From assembly GCA_944383465.1 (NCBI GenBank), contig CALWPQ010000003.1:11662-75661 (forward strand): a DNA stretch of 64,000 nucleotides. The letters run 5' to 3'. Below, piece by piece: positions 39,722 through 47,488 of this stretch. The notes under the pieces were generated by a model. It searched no databases. It was not told the origin of the DNA and saw nothing but the letters and a program-made list of their open reading frames with translations. The stretch's first letter is position 1, and the number at the start of each line of letters is the position of its first letter. Position numbers and translations under genes: made by a program. This stretch comes from an uncultured Clostridia bacterium (GTDB taxonomy: Bacteria; Bacillota; Clostridia; Peptostreptococcales; Anaerovoracaceae).

Positions 39722-39758
39722 CAAAGAGAAAGCCCGCTCCGACAGCGGTCGGGCGGGC
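39722..39758 (-). terminator. Intrinsic terminator of the minus-strand SNF transporter gene
   Basis: GC-rich hairpin GCCCGC(T)CCGAC-AGCG-GTCGGGCGGGC, followed on the minus strand by TTTCTCTTT. Confidence 0.65.
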
Positions 39759-39783
39759 GCAAGGACGAAAAAACGGTTAATAT

Positions 39784-41151
39784 CTAAAAGAACTTATCAT
39801 AGAGTCCAAATGCGAATATAAACAGTACGATCAGAGGAAGCACGTATGTGACGTACGGGCGCATCCAATTCTGTATTTTAAGACCTTTGCCGGTGTTTGC
39901 TTCTGCTTGGAAATTATCCCAGCCCCAGCCGTATTTGCTGACGCAGAACATCAAATATACGAGAGAGCCGAGCGGAAGCAGGATATTACTTACGAGGAAA
40001 TCCTCAAAATCCAGCACTGAGCCGCCGAATATCGAAAAGCCGTCCCAGGCGAGCACGTTGTATCCGAGCACGCAAGGAAGCGAAAGCAGGATGATGAGTA
40101 CAAGATTTACTGTACTTGATTTTTTCCTGCTCCAGCCTGTGAGTTCTGCAACGCAGGAAATTATATTTTCAAACACAGCGAGAATTGTTGAAAACGCTGC
40201 GAATGACATGAATATGAAAAAGAGGCTTCCCCATAGCCTGCCGAGAGGAATGTGATTAAATATATTAGGAAGCGTTATAAAAATAAGACTCGGGCCTGAT
40301 GTCTGATCTACATTAAACGTAAAACAGGCCGGAAAAATGATGAGTCCTGATGTTATAGCGACAAAAGTATCGAGAAGCGCGATGTTTAAGGATTCTCCGA
40401 GAAGGCTTCTTTTTTTATCAATATAACTGCCGAATATGGCCATAGCGCCGATGCCGAGACTGAGAGTAAAAAAGGCTTGATTCATAGCGCCGGTAATTGT
40501 CGCAATAATGCCTGCTTCTTTCATTCTTTCGAAATCAGGAATGAGATAGAATTTGAGTCCTTCTTTTGCGCCGTCAAGTGTAAAACTGTTTACGGCGAGC
40601 AGAAGCATAATAAAAAGAAGTGAAATCATCATCACCTTTGTTATGCGTTCGATGCCGTTTTGGAGACCGCGCGAGCATATGAAAATACCAATAATTACGA
40701 CAAAGATCATCCACCCGCCCATAACGAGAGGATCTTCGAGCATATATGTGAAAGTTTCGGCAATATCAACAGAGTTAAGTCCATTAAATTTGCCTGTCGC
40801 TGTCAAATAAAAATAGTGCAGCATCCAGCCGGCAACTGTTGTATAGAACATCATAAGCAGGTAACATCCTGCGAGCGTTACGTACCCGTGAATATGCCAT
40901 TTTTGACCCGGTTTTTCGAGCACATTGTATGCTTTTACCGGACTCCTCTGACTCGCGCGGCCAACTGCAAATTCCATAGTCATAATCGGAAGTCCGAGAA
41001 TTATAAGGAATATAATATAAAACAGAACAAAGGCACCGCCGCCGCCCTGTCCTGCCATATATGGGAATTTCCAAACATTACCGATTCCGATAGCACATCC
41101 TGCGGAAATTAGGATAAAGCCTAAACGGGATTTAAGTTTTTCTCTTTCCAT
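39784..41151 (-). CDS. Sodium-dependent transporter, SNF (neurotransmitter:Na+ symporter) family
   Basis: GNVWKFPY signature near the N-terminus and about 11-12 TM segments. Confidence 0.9.
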   Translation of the reverse strand: MEREKLKSRLGFILISAGCAIGIGNVWKFPYMAGQGGGGAFVLFYIIFLIILGLPIMTMEFAVGRASQRSPVKAYNVLEKPGQKWHIHGYVTLAGCYLLMMFYTTVAGWMLHYFYLTATGKFNGLNSVDIAETFTYMLEDPLVMGGWMIFVVIIGIFICSRGLQNGIERITKVMMISLLFIMLLLAVNSFTLDGAKEGLKFYLIPDFERMKEAGIIATITGAMNQAFFTLSLGIGAMAIFGSYIDKKRSLLGESLNIALLDTFVAITSGLIIFPACFTFNVDQTSGPSLIFITLPNIFNHIPLGRLWGSLFFIFMSFAAFSTILAVFENIISCVAELTGWSRKKSSTVNLVLIILLSLPCVLGYNVLAWDGFSIFGGSVLDFEDFLVSNILLPLGSLVYLMFCVSKYGWGWDNFQAEANTGKGLKIQNWMRPYVTYVLPLIVLFIFAFGLYDKFF

Positions 41152-41176
41152 CGCTTTTACCTCAATTCACAAAAAA

Positions 41177-41204
41177 CGGATAATTGCTGGATTATCCGAG
41201 TTTT
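41177..41204 (-). terminator. Leader hairpin plus U-tract 24 nt upstream of the SNF gene start (attenuator-like)
   Basis: The minus strand reads CGGATAAT-CCAGCA-ATTATCCG followed by TTTTTT. It lies between the consensus promoter and the RBS. Confidence 0.5.
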
Positions 41205-41210
41205 TGTTTT

Positions 41211-41245
41211 ATTTTGTTATTTTTATTATATTATTTTGTTATTTT
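41211..41245. repeat. Two 13-nt direct repeats ATTTTGTTATTTT, 22 bp apart
   Basis: The copies at 41211-41223 and 41233-41245 overlap the transcription start region and the spacer of the minus-strand promoter. Confidence 0.6.
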
Positions 41246-41253
41246 AATGTCAA
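41225..41253 (-). promoter_or_regulatory. Consensus sigma-A promoter (TTGACA-17-TATAAT) for the minus-strand SNF transporter
   Basis: On the minus strand, -35 TTGACA is at 41253-41248 and -10 TATAAT at 41230-41225, with an exact 17-nt spacer. Confidence 0.7.
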
Positions 41254-41266
41254 TCTCTTTTAAAAA

Positions 41267-41275
41267 TGGTATAAT
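41267..41275 (+). promoter_or_regulatory. Extended -10 promoter (TGgTATAAT) for the plus-strand SNF transporter
   Basis: TG at 41267-41268 and TATAAT at 41270-41275. Its -35 zone overlaps the -35 of the divergent promoter. Confidence 0.55.
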
Positions 41276-41351
41276 AACTCTAACTGTGTGTTATGGCGGC
41301 AGCAGTTATGTGATAATAATTGTTTTATAAAAAACTAAAAGGAGAAAATTT

Positions 41352-42746
41352 ATGAACGAAAGTGAAGAAAAGAAAAAAGGAAAGCCTAAGGGCGAACGCG
41401 GGAGCTTTTCGGGAAAACTTGGCTATGTTCTTGCGGTAGCGGGCTCGGCTGTAGGTCTCGGAAATATTTGGCGGTTTCCGTATCTGGCAGCAAAATACGG
41501 CGGCGGTATGTTTCTGCTCGTATATCTGCTTCTTATACTGACATTCGGCTATGCGCTTATAATGGCGGAAACAACGCTGGGACGAATGACGGGAAAGAGC
41601 CCGGTAGGAGCGTTTACGGCTTTTGGCAGAACACCGGCTTTTTATATCGGGGGATGGATAAACTCGATAGTGCCGATGATCATAGTGCCGTATTACTGTG
41701 TAATAGGCGGCTGGGTTATTAAATATTTTGTGGAATATATAAAAGGCAGCACTCAGGCGGTGGCGGACGACAGTTATTTTACGAATTTTACTGGACAAGC
41801 GGGAAGCGTAGAGCTTTGGTTTATTGTATTTACAGCTATGGTGACAATAGCTATTCTTGCAGGTGTAAAGCATGGCGTGGAGCTTGCTTCAAAAGTTATG
41901 ATGCCGGTGCTCGTCGTGCTCGCAATTTTTGTTGCTGTTTACTCCATGACAAGGCCAGGTGCGCTTGAAGGAGTAAAATATTTCTTTATTCCTAACTTTA
42001 AAAATTTTTCGGTGATGACCGTGGTTGCAGCAATGGGTCAGATGTTTTTTTCTCTTTCGATAGCGATGGGAATTCTCTACACTTACGGTTCGTATACTGG
42101 TAAAGATGTAGATCTTGAAAAATCAGCTAAGCAGATAGAAATATTTGACACAGGCATTGCGGTGCTGGCGGGACTTATGATTATACCTGCCGTTTTCGCT
42201 TTTTCGGGAGGTGCGATGGAGACACTGCAGGCGGGACCGTCGCTTATGTTTATTACCATTCCTAAAGTGTTTGCAGCTATGGGTACGGGAAGAATTATCG
42301 GCATTCTGTTTTTTATGCTCGTTATGTTTGCGGCTCTGACAAGCGCAATATCGATTATGGAGGCCGGAGTGGCGACGTTTGTCGATCAAACGGGCAAAAG
42401 CCGTATCTTCTGCACAATGCTTATGCTTTTGATTACGCTCGTGCTCGGTTCGCTGTCGGCGTTTGGCTTTAATATCCTCGGGTCGATTACAATTTTCGGA
42501 ATGTCGTTTCTTGATTTCTTTGATTTTCTGTCAAATTCAGTGCTGATGCCGATTGCAGCGCTGGCGACTTGTATACTCATACTTCGTGCTGTCGGTCTTG
42601 GAAGATTGGCGGCGGAAGTTGAAATTTCGTCGGAATTCAAGCGTAAAAAGCTGTTTAACTTTGTTATCAAATATATCGCGCCTGCATTTCTCATTGTCAT
42701 ACTCATAAGCTCGGTATTAAGCGTGCTGGGAATAATTAAAATGTAG
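41352..42746 (+). CDS. Sodium-dependent transporter, SNF family (paralogue of the divergent neighbour)
   Basis: GNIWRFPY signature and a multi-pass membrane protein. Confidence 0.9.
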   Translation: MNESEEKKKGKPKGERGSFSGKLGYVLAVAGSAVGLGNIWRFPYLAAKYGGGMFLLVYLLLILTFGYALIMAETTLGRMTGKSPVGAFTAFGRTPAFYIGGWINSIVPMIIVPYYCVIGGWVIKYFVEYIKGSTQAVADDSYFTNFTGQAGSVELWFIVFTAMVTIAILAGVKHGVELASKVMMPVLVVLAIFVAVYSMTRPGALEGVKYFFIPNFKNFSVMTVVAAMGQMFFSLSIAMGILYTYGSYTGKDVDLEKSAKQIEIFDTGIAVLAGLMIIPAVFAFSGGAMETLQAGPSLMFITIPKVFAAMGTGRIIGILFFMLVMFAALTSAISIMEAGVATFVDQTGKSRIFCTMLMLLITLVLGSLSAFGFNILGSITIFGMSFLDFFDFLSNSVLMPIAALATCILILRAVGLGRLAAEVEISSEFKRKKLFNFVIKYIAPAFLIVILISSVLSVLGIIKM

Positions 42747-42769
42747 AAAGTGCAGAAGGAAAATAGCCC

Positions 42770-43648
42770 CTATGTACGCAGGTAGTCTATGACGCACTGC
42801 ATTTCGGGCGTGCACCTCTTGTCATGGTGATACAGGAGCTGAATCCAGATATCAACGGAGAAGCCGGGGACACTAAGTCTTTCGATTTCTCCGTTTTTTA
42901 CTGCGCGCTCTGTCGCGTAATCAGGCAAAAATGAGAGTCCCATATTCTGCGATACGAGCCTGCATATGAGCAGCGCATCGCCGATTTCAAGAAAAGGGGA
43001 AACGGAAAGCGAGCGTGAGGCAAGGGCCTCTTCAAGAAGTCTGCGGTAGCTGATACCGTGTTCGGTAAGTATAAATGGCTGTTTGAGAAGCTCTGAAAGT
43101 GTGAGCGATTTTTGGCGGCAGAGGGGGCTTTCCGCAGCTGCTATGAAGTGTGCGTTTATCTGTTTTTCGGAAGCTATGGTGTATTTTGAGTCATATATGT
43201 GCTTGTCGAGCGTATAGACTAAATCCACTTCATTTTGGTTGAGCATGCGAAACATTTCTTCTGTACTGGCAAAAGTGATGATTTTGAGGAAAATATCGGG
43301 GAACTGCCTGTGAAATGACTCAAAATTATCCCAAAATAACCAGTGACAGAGGGAGTCGGCCATAGCTATGCGGACGCAGCCGCCAAGTTCGCGGCGTGCT
43401 CCCGCCGCATTTTCGATATCGCCTTTCAACGCCAGCAGCTTGTGTGAAAGCGAGAGAATTTCACTGCCCTTATGCGTCAGACGGATGCGATGGCCGATTC
43501 TTTCAAAAAGCGGTATTCCGAGAGAATCTTCAAGCTGTTTAATCTGAAATGATATTGTTGATTGAGAATAACCTAAAGCTGACGCAGCTTTGGTAAAGCT
43601 GCCGAGCTCGGCAACTTGCACGAAGCTTTCTATATTTTTTAAATCCAT
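42770..43648 (-). CDS. LysR-family transcriptional regulator
   Basis: N-terminal HTH FVQVAELGSFTKAASALGYSQSTISFQIKQLE plus a substrate-binding domain. Confidence 0.9.
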   Translation of the reverse strand: MDLKNIESFVQVAELGSFTKAASALGYSQSTISFQIKQLEDSLGIPLFERIGHRIRLTHKGSEILSLSHKLLALKGDIENAAGARRELGGCVRIAMADSLCHWLFWDNFESFHRQFPDIFLKIITFASTEEMFRMLNQNEVDLVYTLDKHIYDSKYTIASEKQINAHFIAAAESPLCRQKSLTLSELLKQPFILTEHGISYRRLLEEALASRSLSVSPFLEIGDALLICRLVSQNMGLSFLPDYATERAVKNGEIERLSVPGFSVDIWIQLLYHHDKRCTPEMQCVIDYLRT

Positions 43649-43698
43649 TTTAATTTCCTTTCGCTATGTATACGAGTATTTTTATCTAAAATATAGAT

Positions 43699-43744
43699 GA
43701 TATTAACTAAAATTATCTATTTTACAGATATTAACTAAAATTAT
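43699..43744. repeat. Two perfect 18-bp direct repeats GATATTAACTAAAATTAT, 28 bp apart, in the LysR/symporter divergent region
   Basis: The copies are at 43699-43716 and 43727-43744. Each contains a T-N11-A spaced pair. Confidence 0.65.
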
Positions 43745-43833
43745 ATACTTTAATCAGGAAAAAATCAATGTGTGAATATATAAGCGCGCAATTATATCAG
43801 TGCATCGTTGCAGGGAAAGGAAGTTAGGAAGTT

Positions 43834-45228
43834 TTGCAGAAAATAATAATTAACATCATTGAGACCGTATATGGATTTTTGTGGGGAGATTTGTTTACGA
43901 TACCGCTGCCGGGAGGAAGCAGTATAGGCATATCGCTGCTCATCGTTCTGCTCATACCGACAGGTATTTATTTTACGGTAAGAACGGGATTTATGCAGAT
44001 TCACATGATACCTGATATGGTGCGGACGCTTGCAGAGAGAATGAACAGAGAAAGCGGCGGGCTTTCGGCATTCCAGGCGCTTATCGTGTCGACAGCAACC
44101 AGAGTTGGAATGGGCAATCTCATAGGAGTGGCTGCGGCTATTTCTGCGGGCGGTGCGGGTGCTGTTTTCTGGATGTGGGTGATGGCGATTATCGGTTCGG
44201 CAACAGCCTTTGCCGAGGCTACACTGGCGCAGCTTTATAAGGAAGAGGACCCGCTTTACGGCGGATACAGAGGCGGCCCTGCTTATTATATGCATCGCTT
44301 TGTTGAGGAGAAGCAGGGCAAAAAGAGAAGAATGGTTATAGTCGCAGGCTTGTTTGCAGCTTCAGGGCTTATCTGCTGGGCGGGAATAAGTCAGGTAATA
44401 AGCAATTCGGTGGTTTCGGCATTTGAAAATGCATTTGACGTGCCGCCGCTCTATACGACGGTGGTATTCGTTTTGCTGGCGGCAGTTATCGTGATGCGCA
44501 GAAATGCGACTGTCAGGGTGCTCGATGTGATGGTGCCGATTATGGCGGTATTGTATTTTGCAATGACGATATTTATTATGGTTAAAAATATAGGGCAGGT
44601 GCCGGCGGTGTTTACGCGCATATTTGAAGAAGCATTTGGCATCAGACAAGTGGCAGCAGGCGGATTTGGCGCTGTACTTATGGAAGGCGTAAAGCGCGGG
44701 CTGTTTTCAAATGAGGCGGGATCGGGCTCTGCTCCCTGTGCGGCGGCTGCTGCGGAATGCGACAGTCCCGCCAAAATGGGACTCGTGCAGGCGCTTGGCG
44801 TGTTTATTGATACCCTCGTAATATGTAGCTGCACGGCTATGATTATGCTGCTTGTGCCGGAGGATATGACATCAGGGCTTGTCGGTATGAATTTGCTGCA
44901 GACGGCAATGGAGTATCACCTCGGCAAATTTGGCGTTGTATTCATAGCTGCGACGCTCGCGATGTTTAGCTTCTCGACATTCCTCGGCATTCTCTTTTAT
45001 GCGAGATCCAATGTCGCTTATCTGTTCGGCGACAAGTGGATATGGCAGACTTTATACAAGGTGTTTGCACTTGTGATGCTGTTTGTAAGGGGACTTGCGA
45101 CATACACTTTTGTTTGGGATCTCGGCGATGTGGGCATTGGTCTTATGACGATTTTCAATGTAATAATACTTTATCCGCTCAGCGGCAGGGCGATTGCCGA
45201 ACTTAAGGAGTACAGGAAAAGGCGGTAA
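43834..45228 (+). CDS. Alanine/glycine:cation symporter (AGCS family)
   Basis: GLFSNEAGSGSAP signature and a multi-pass membrane protein. The start is a TTG at 43834, about 10 nt after GAAAGGAAG. Confidence 0.85.
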   Translation: MQKIIINIIETVYGFLWGDLFTIPLPGGSSIGISLLIVLLIPTGIYFTVRTGFMQIHMIPDMVRTLAERMNRESGGLSAFQALIVSTATRVGMGNLIGVAAAISAGGAGAVFWMWVMAIIGSATAFAEATLAQLYKEEDPLYGGYRGGPAYYMHRFVEEKQGKKRRMVIVAGLFAASGLICWAGISQVISNSVVSAFENAFDVPPLYTTVVFVLLAAVIVMRRNATVRVLDVMVPIMAVLYFAMTIFIMVKNIGQVPAVFTRIFEEAFGIRQVAAGGFGAVLMEGVKRGLFSNEAGSGSAPCAAAAAECDSPAKMGLVQALGVFIDTLVICSCTAMIMLLVPEDMTSGLVGMNLLQTAMEYHLGKFGVVFIAATLAMFSFSTFLGILFYARSNVAYLFGDKWIWQTLYKVFALVMLFVRGLATYTFVWDLGDVGIGLMTIFNVIILYPLSGRAIAELKEYRKRR

Positions 45229-45244
45229 ATAAAGAGCTTAAGGC

Positions 45245-45282
45245 ACCTTGCTGCAAATTATTTTGCGGCAAGGTACTTTTTA
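45245..45282 (+). terminator. Intrinsic terminator after the AGCS gene
   Basis: A 12-bp stem, ACCTTGCTGCAA with TTGCGGCAAGGT (one G-U), followed by ACTTTTTATT. Confidence 0.7.
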
Positions 45283-45329
45283 TTGTGTGAATCTATCCTG
45301 TTTGCAGACAAAATTATCGCCAGCTATGC

Positions 45330-45358
45330 TTGCTTTTTTGGCTGCCTGAGTGTATAGT
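45330..45358 (+). promoter_or_regulatory. Promoter for the queT-queF leader (TTGCTT-17-TATAGT)
   Basis: -35 at 45330-45335, a 17-nt spacer, and -10 at 45353-45358. Confidence 0.5.
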
Positions 45359-45419
45359 AATTATTGCGGCCGGCGCGCCGAAAAGCACTGCGCCGGAGCG
45401 CATACTTCCGGATATGAAT

Positions 45420-45462
45420 CCTGACAGTTCGAGACCATCCTGTCATAAAACAAAACTAGGGA
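45420..45462 (+). promoter_or_regulatory. preQ1-I riboswitch aptamer
   Basis: P1 TGACAG/CTGTCA, a loop starting TTCGAG, and an A-rich tail TAAAACAAAACTAGG. These resemble the known B. subtilis and T. tengcongensis aptamers, and the element sits upstream of queT-queF. Confidence 0.7.
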
Positions 45463-45547
45463 CAATGTAAGAAACAAGATTTTGATGATGCAAATTTAAA
45501 AATCAGTTATTTAGACATTGTTGTGCGATTTATTTGGAGGTGATATT

Positions 45548-46069
45548 ATGAATCTGAAAGATATGGGCAAAGTGCAGAAAATGACGTTTTCTGCGATGAT
45601 TATGGCTCTCTATGTAGTGCTCGTTTACATTACGCAGAGCTTTTCTTTCGGGGCATATCAGATTAGAATTGCTACATCTGTATATGCTTTGGCTTATCTT
45701 TTTCCGTTCCTGGTTTTACCGCTTGGTCTCGCAAATTCCATATCCAACACACTTTTCGGAGGGCTTGGGCTTCTCGATACGATCGGAGGGGGCATTGCCG
45801 GCATTCTCACGACGCTTATTATCGCCGGCATTAGAAAAATGGGCTGGCATCGCGCTTTTATAGTAATACCGCTTATATTTGTACCGGGGCTTCTTGTGCC
45901 TTTATGGTTATCTTATATTCTCAAGGTGCCATATGCGGCGCTTGCTGTCAGTCTCTGTATAGGACAGATAATACCTGCGCTGTGCGGTACGGCAGCTGTG
46001 TCTGCGCTGGCGCGCGCATGGGGCATAGACACTGGACGCGGCGGACAAAATAAAAAAGCAGCGGTTTAA
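45548..46069 (+). CDS. queT: Queuosine-precursor transporter QueT (ECF S-component-like)
   Basis: A small membrane protein of about 5-6 TM segments (FSAMIMALYVVLVYITQSFSFGAYQIRIAT). It sits behind a preQ1 riboswitch and next to queF. The ATG at 45548 follows GGAGGTG. Confidence 0.7.
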   Translation: MNLKDMGKVQKMTFSAMIMALYVVLVYITQSFSFGAYQIRIATSVYALAYLFPFLVLPLGLANSISNTLFGGLGLLDTIGGGIAGILTTLIIAGIRKMGWHRAFIVIPLIFVPGLLVPLWLSYILKVPYAALAVSLCIGQIIPALCGTAAVSALARAWGIDTGRGGQNKKAAV

Positions 46070-46105
46070 TTTGCAGAAAGTAAGAAAAAAGAAAGAGGAG
46101 AGAAT

Positions 46106-46603
46106 ATGAGCGGAAGACGCAAAGAAGAACTAAATGGAGTGACGCTGCTCGGAAGCGGTAAAAACAGTTATAAGACCGATTATGCGCCGGAGGTACTCGA
46201 GACATTTATGAATAAGCACCAGGAAAATGATTATTTCGTGAAATTTAACTGCCCGGAGTTTACAAGCCTCTGTCCGATGACGGGACAGCCTGATTTTGCC
46301 TGCATTTACATATCGTATGTCCCCGGCGCGAAAATGGTTGAGAGCAAATCGCTTAAGCTTTACCTTTTTAGTTTCAGAAATCACGGCGATTTTCATGAGG
46401 ATTGCGTAAATATTATAATGAAGGACCTCATCCGTATTATGGATCCTAAGTATATAGAAGTATGGGGCAAATTTACTCCGCGCGGCGGTATTTCCATCGA
46501 TCCTTACTGCAATTACGGTAAAAAAGGTACGGTTTGGGAAAAAGTTGCCTTTGAGCGGCTTGCGCAGCACGATCTTTATCCTGAAAAAATAGATAACAGG
46601 TAG
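46106..46603 (+). CDS. queF: NADPH-dependent 7-cyano-7-deazaguanine (preQ0) reductase
   Basis: Catalytic-Cys context [14 protein letters not shown] and QueF motif [15 protein letters not shown]. Confidence 0.9.
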   Translation: MSGRRKEELNGVTLLGSGKNSYKTDYAPEVLETFMNKHQENDYFVKFNCPEFTSLCPMTGQPDFACIYISYVPGAKMVESKSLKLYLFSFRNHGDFHEDCVNIIMKDLIRIMDPKYIEVWGKFTPRGGISIDPYCNYGKKGTVWEKVAFERLAQHDLYPEKIDNR

Positions 46604-46620
46604 TTTTTTTAAAAAGTTTG

Positions 46621-46629
46621 TGGTATAAT
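46621..46629 (+). promoter_or_regulatory. Extended -10 promoter (TGgTATAAT) for the small hydrophobic ORF
   Basis: It lies 18 nt after the queF stop and 35 nt before the small-ORF ATG. Confidence 0.5.
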
Positions 46630-46663
46630 AATTGAAACTTATTAAGAAAGAGAAGGTGGAGAT

Positions 46664-46768
46664 ATGAAACAGCTTACAATCGTTTTATCGTCGCTTGCTA
46701 CGCTTTTATCGGTAGCAGTCATTGTTCTAAGTGCTATCGGACTTGCAAAGGACAAGATAAGATATTAA
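46664..46768 (+). CDS. Unannotated 34-aa single-TM peptide (MKQLTIVLSSLATLLSVAVIVLSAIGLAKDKIRY)
   Basis: The RBS GAAGGTGGAG lies 5 nt before the ATG, and the ORF has its own extended -10 promoter. It is below the ORF-track length cutoff. Confidence 0.4.
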   Translation: MKQLTIVLSSLATLLSVAVIVLSAIGLAKDKIRY

Positions 46769-46881
46769 TTGGAAGAATTATTTGAAATAGTAAAAATAAA
46801 AGCGGCTTTCACAATCTGACAACTTAAATGAGAGCTGCTTTTACTCTGTAAAAATATAATTTTTTGTATACAATAAAATGC

Positions 46882-46910
46882 TTGCCGAATTAAAAACGCT
46901 GTGATATAAT
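46882..46910 (+). promoter_or_regulatory. Near-consensus promoter (TTGCCG-17-TGaTATAAT) upstream of csp
   Basis: -35 at 46882-46887 and an extended -10 with TG at 46902-46903 and TATAAT at 46905-46910. Confidence 0.6.
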
Positions 46911-46941
46911 TAAAGTAAGATCCCAAATTTGCGCATTGTCT

Positions 46942-46999
46942 CACATGTTTTTGTAAGTCATCGTATTATTTGATGATTTACAAAAACATGTGTTTTTTT
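46942..46999 (+). terminator. 21-bp hairpin plus T7 tract between the promoter and the csp start codon
   Basis: CACATGTTTTTGTAAGTCATC-GTATTATTT-GATGATTTACAAAAACATGTG followed by TTTTTTT. Confidence 0.65.
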
Positions 47000-47045
47000 G
47001 TTTAATTTTGGTGACTGTGATATTAAAAAATAGGAGGTATATGAG

Positions 47046-47261
47046 ATGAATAACGGTACAGTAAAGTGGTTTAATCCTGATAAGGGATTTGGTTTTATAA
47101 GCAATGATGACGGAAGCGGTGATATTTTCGTACACTTTTCTGTAATTCAGGGAGAAGGCTATAGAACGCTTAGCGAAGGTGACAGAGTAAGTTTCGATAC
47201 GGAACAGGATCCAAAAAATACTGAGAAGCTTCGCGCCGTAAATGTTGTAAAAGTAGCTTAA
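47046..47261 (+). CDS. csp: Cold-shock protein (CspA family)
   Basis: [18 protein letters not shown] (RNP1) and DIFVHFS (RNP2). AGGAGG lies 8 nt upstream. Confidence 0.95.
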   Translation: MNNGTVKWFNPDKGFGFISNDDGSGDIFVHFSVIQGEGYRTLSEGDRVSFDTEQDPKNTEKLRAVNVVKVA

Positions 47262-47488
47262 TATTGCTTGTAAAGCTAAGAGACAGACGATCTCATTAAC
47301 CGGCCCCTAAGAGTTAGATTAAACTGACGATTGGGAGGTCGGTTTTTCATAGCAAAAATAAAATGGGGACGGAGAATTTGCAATATACCTGCTTATATAC
47401 GCGCTAAATGGGCATATATTTATAGAAACAATAAATTGGAAATAATCAGCCTCGGTCGATTCTGCCCGAGGCTAAAAGGATGTGGAGT

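Larger units (their letters stand above)
35555..39760. mobile_element. AT-rich genomic islet: decayed integrative-element remnant carrying one intact helicase cargo gene
   Basis: There is an abrupt composition drop. Spot counts on single 60-nt lines give 21/60 and 17/60 G+C at 36601 and 38101, against 29/60 and 36/60 at 33421 and 40021. The islet also holds a tnpV remnant and an excisionase-like remnant, and no integrase. Confidence 0.65.

Noticed and set aside
39587-39787. Track ORF of 66 aa (MRQLYKDKMPKPQS...) downstream of the helicase.
   Set aside because: It starts at a GTG, has no RBS, gives a highly basic low-complexity translation, and runs straight through the terminator hairpin of the convergent SNF gene. 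It is probably not coding.
45425-45446. GTTCGAGACC looks like a tRNA T-loop.
   Set aside because: There is no matching 5-bp T-stem (extra CCATC intervenes), and no acceptor, D or anticodon arms nearby. The sequence is better explained as the loop of the preQ1-I aptamer.
47448-47473. An 8-bp hairpin (AGCCTCGG/CCGAGGCT) immediately upstream of the cysK RBS; I considered it as a T-box or S-box remnant.
   Set aside because: It is too short, has no specifier or antiterminator features, and no U-tract follows it on the + strand. It is most simply a 5' stabilising hairpin or a chance structure.
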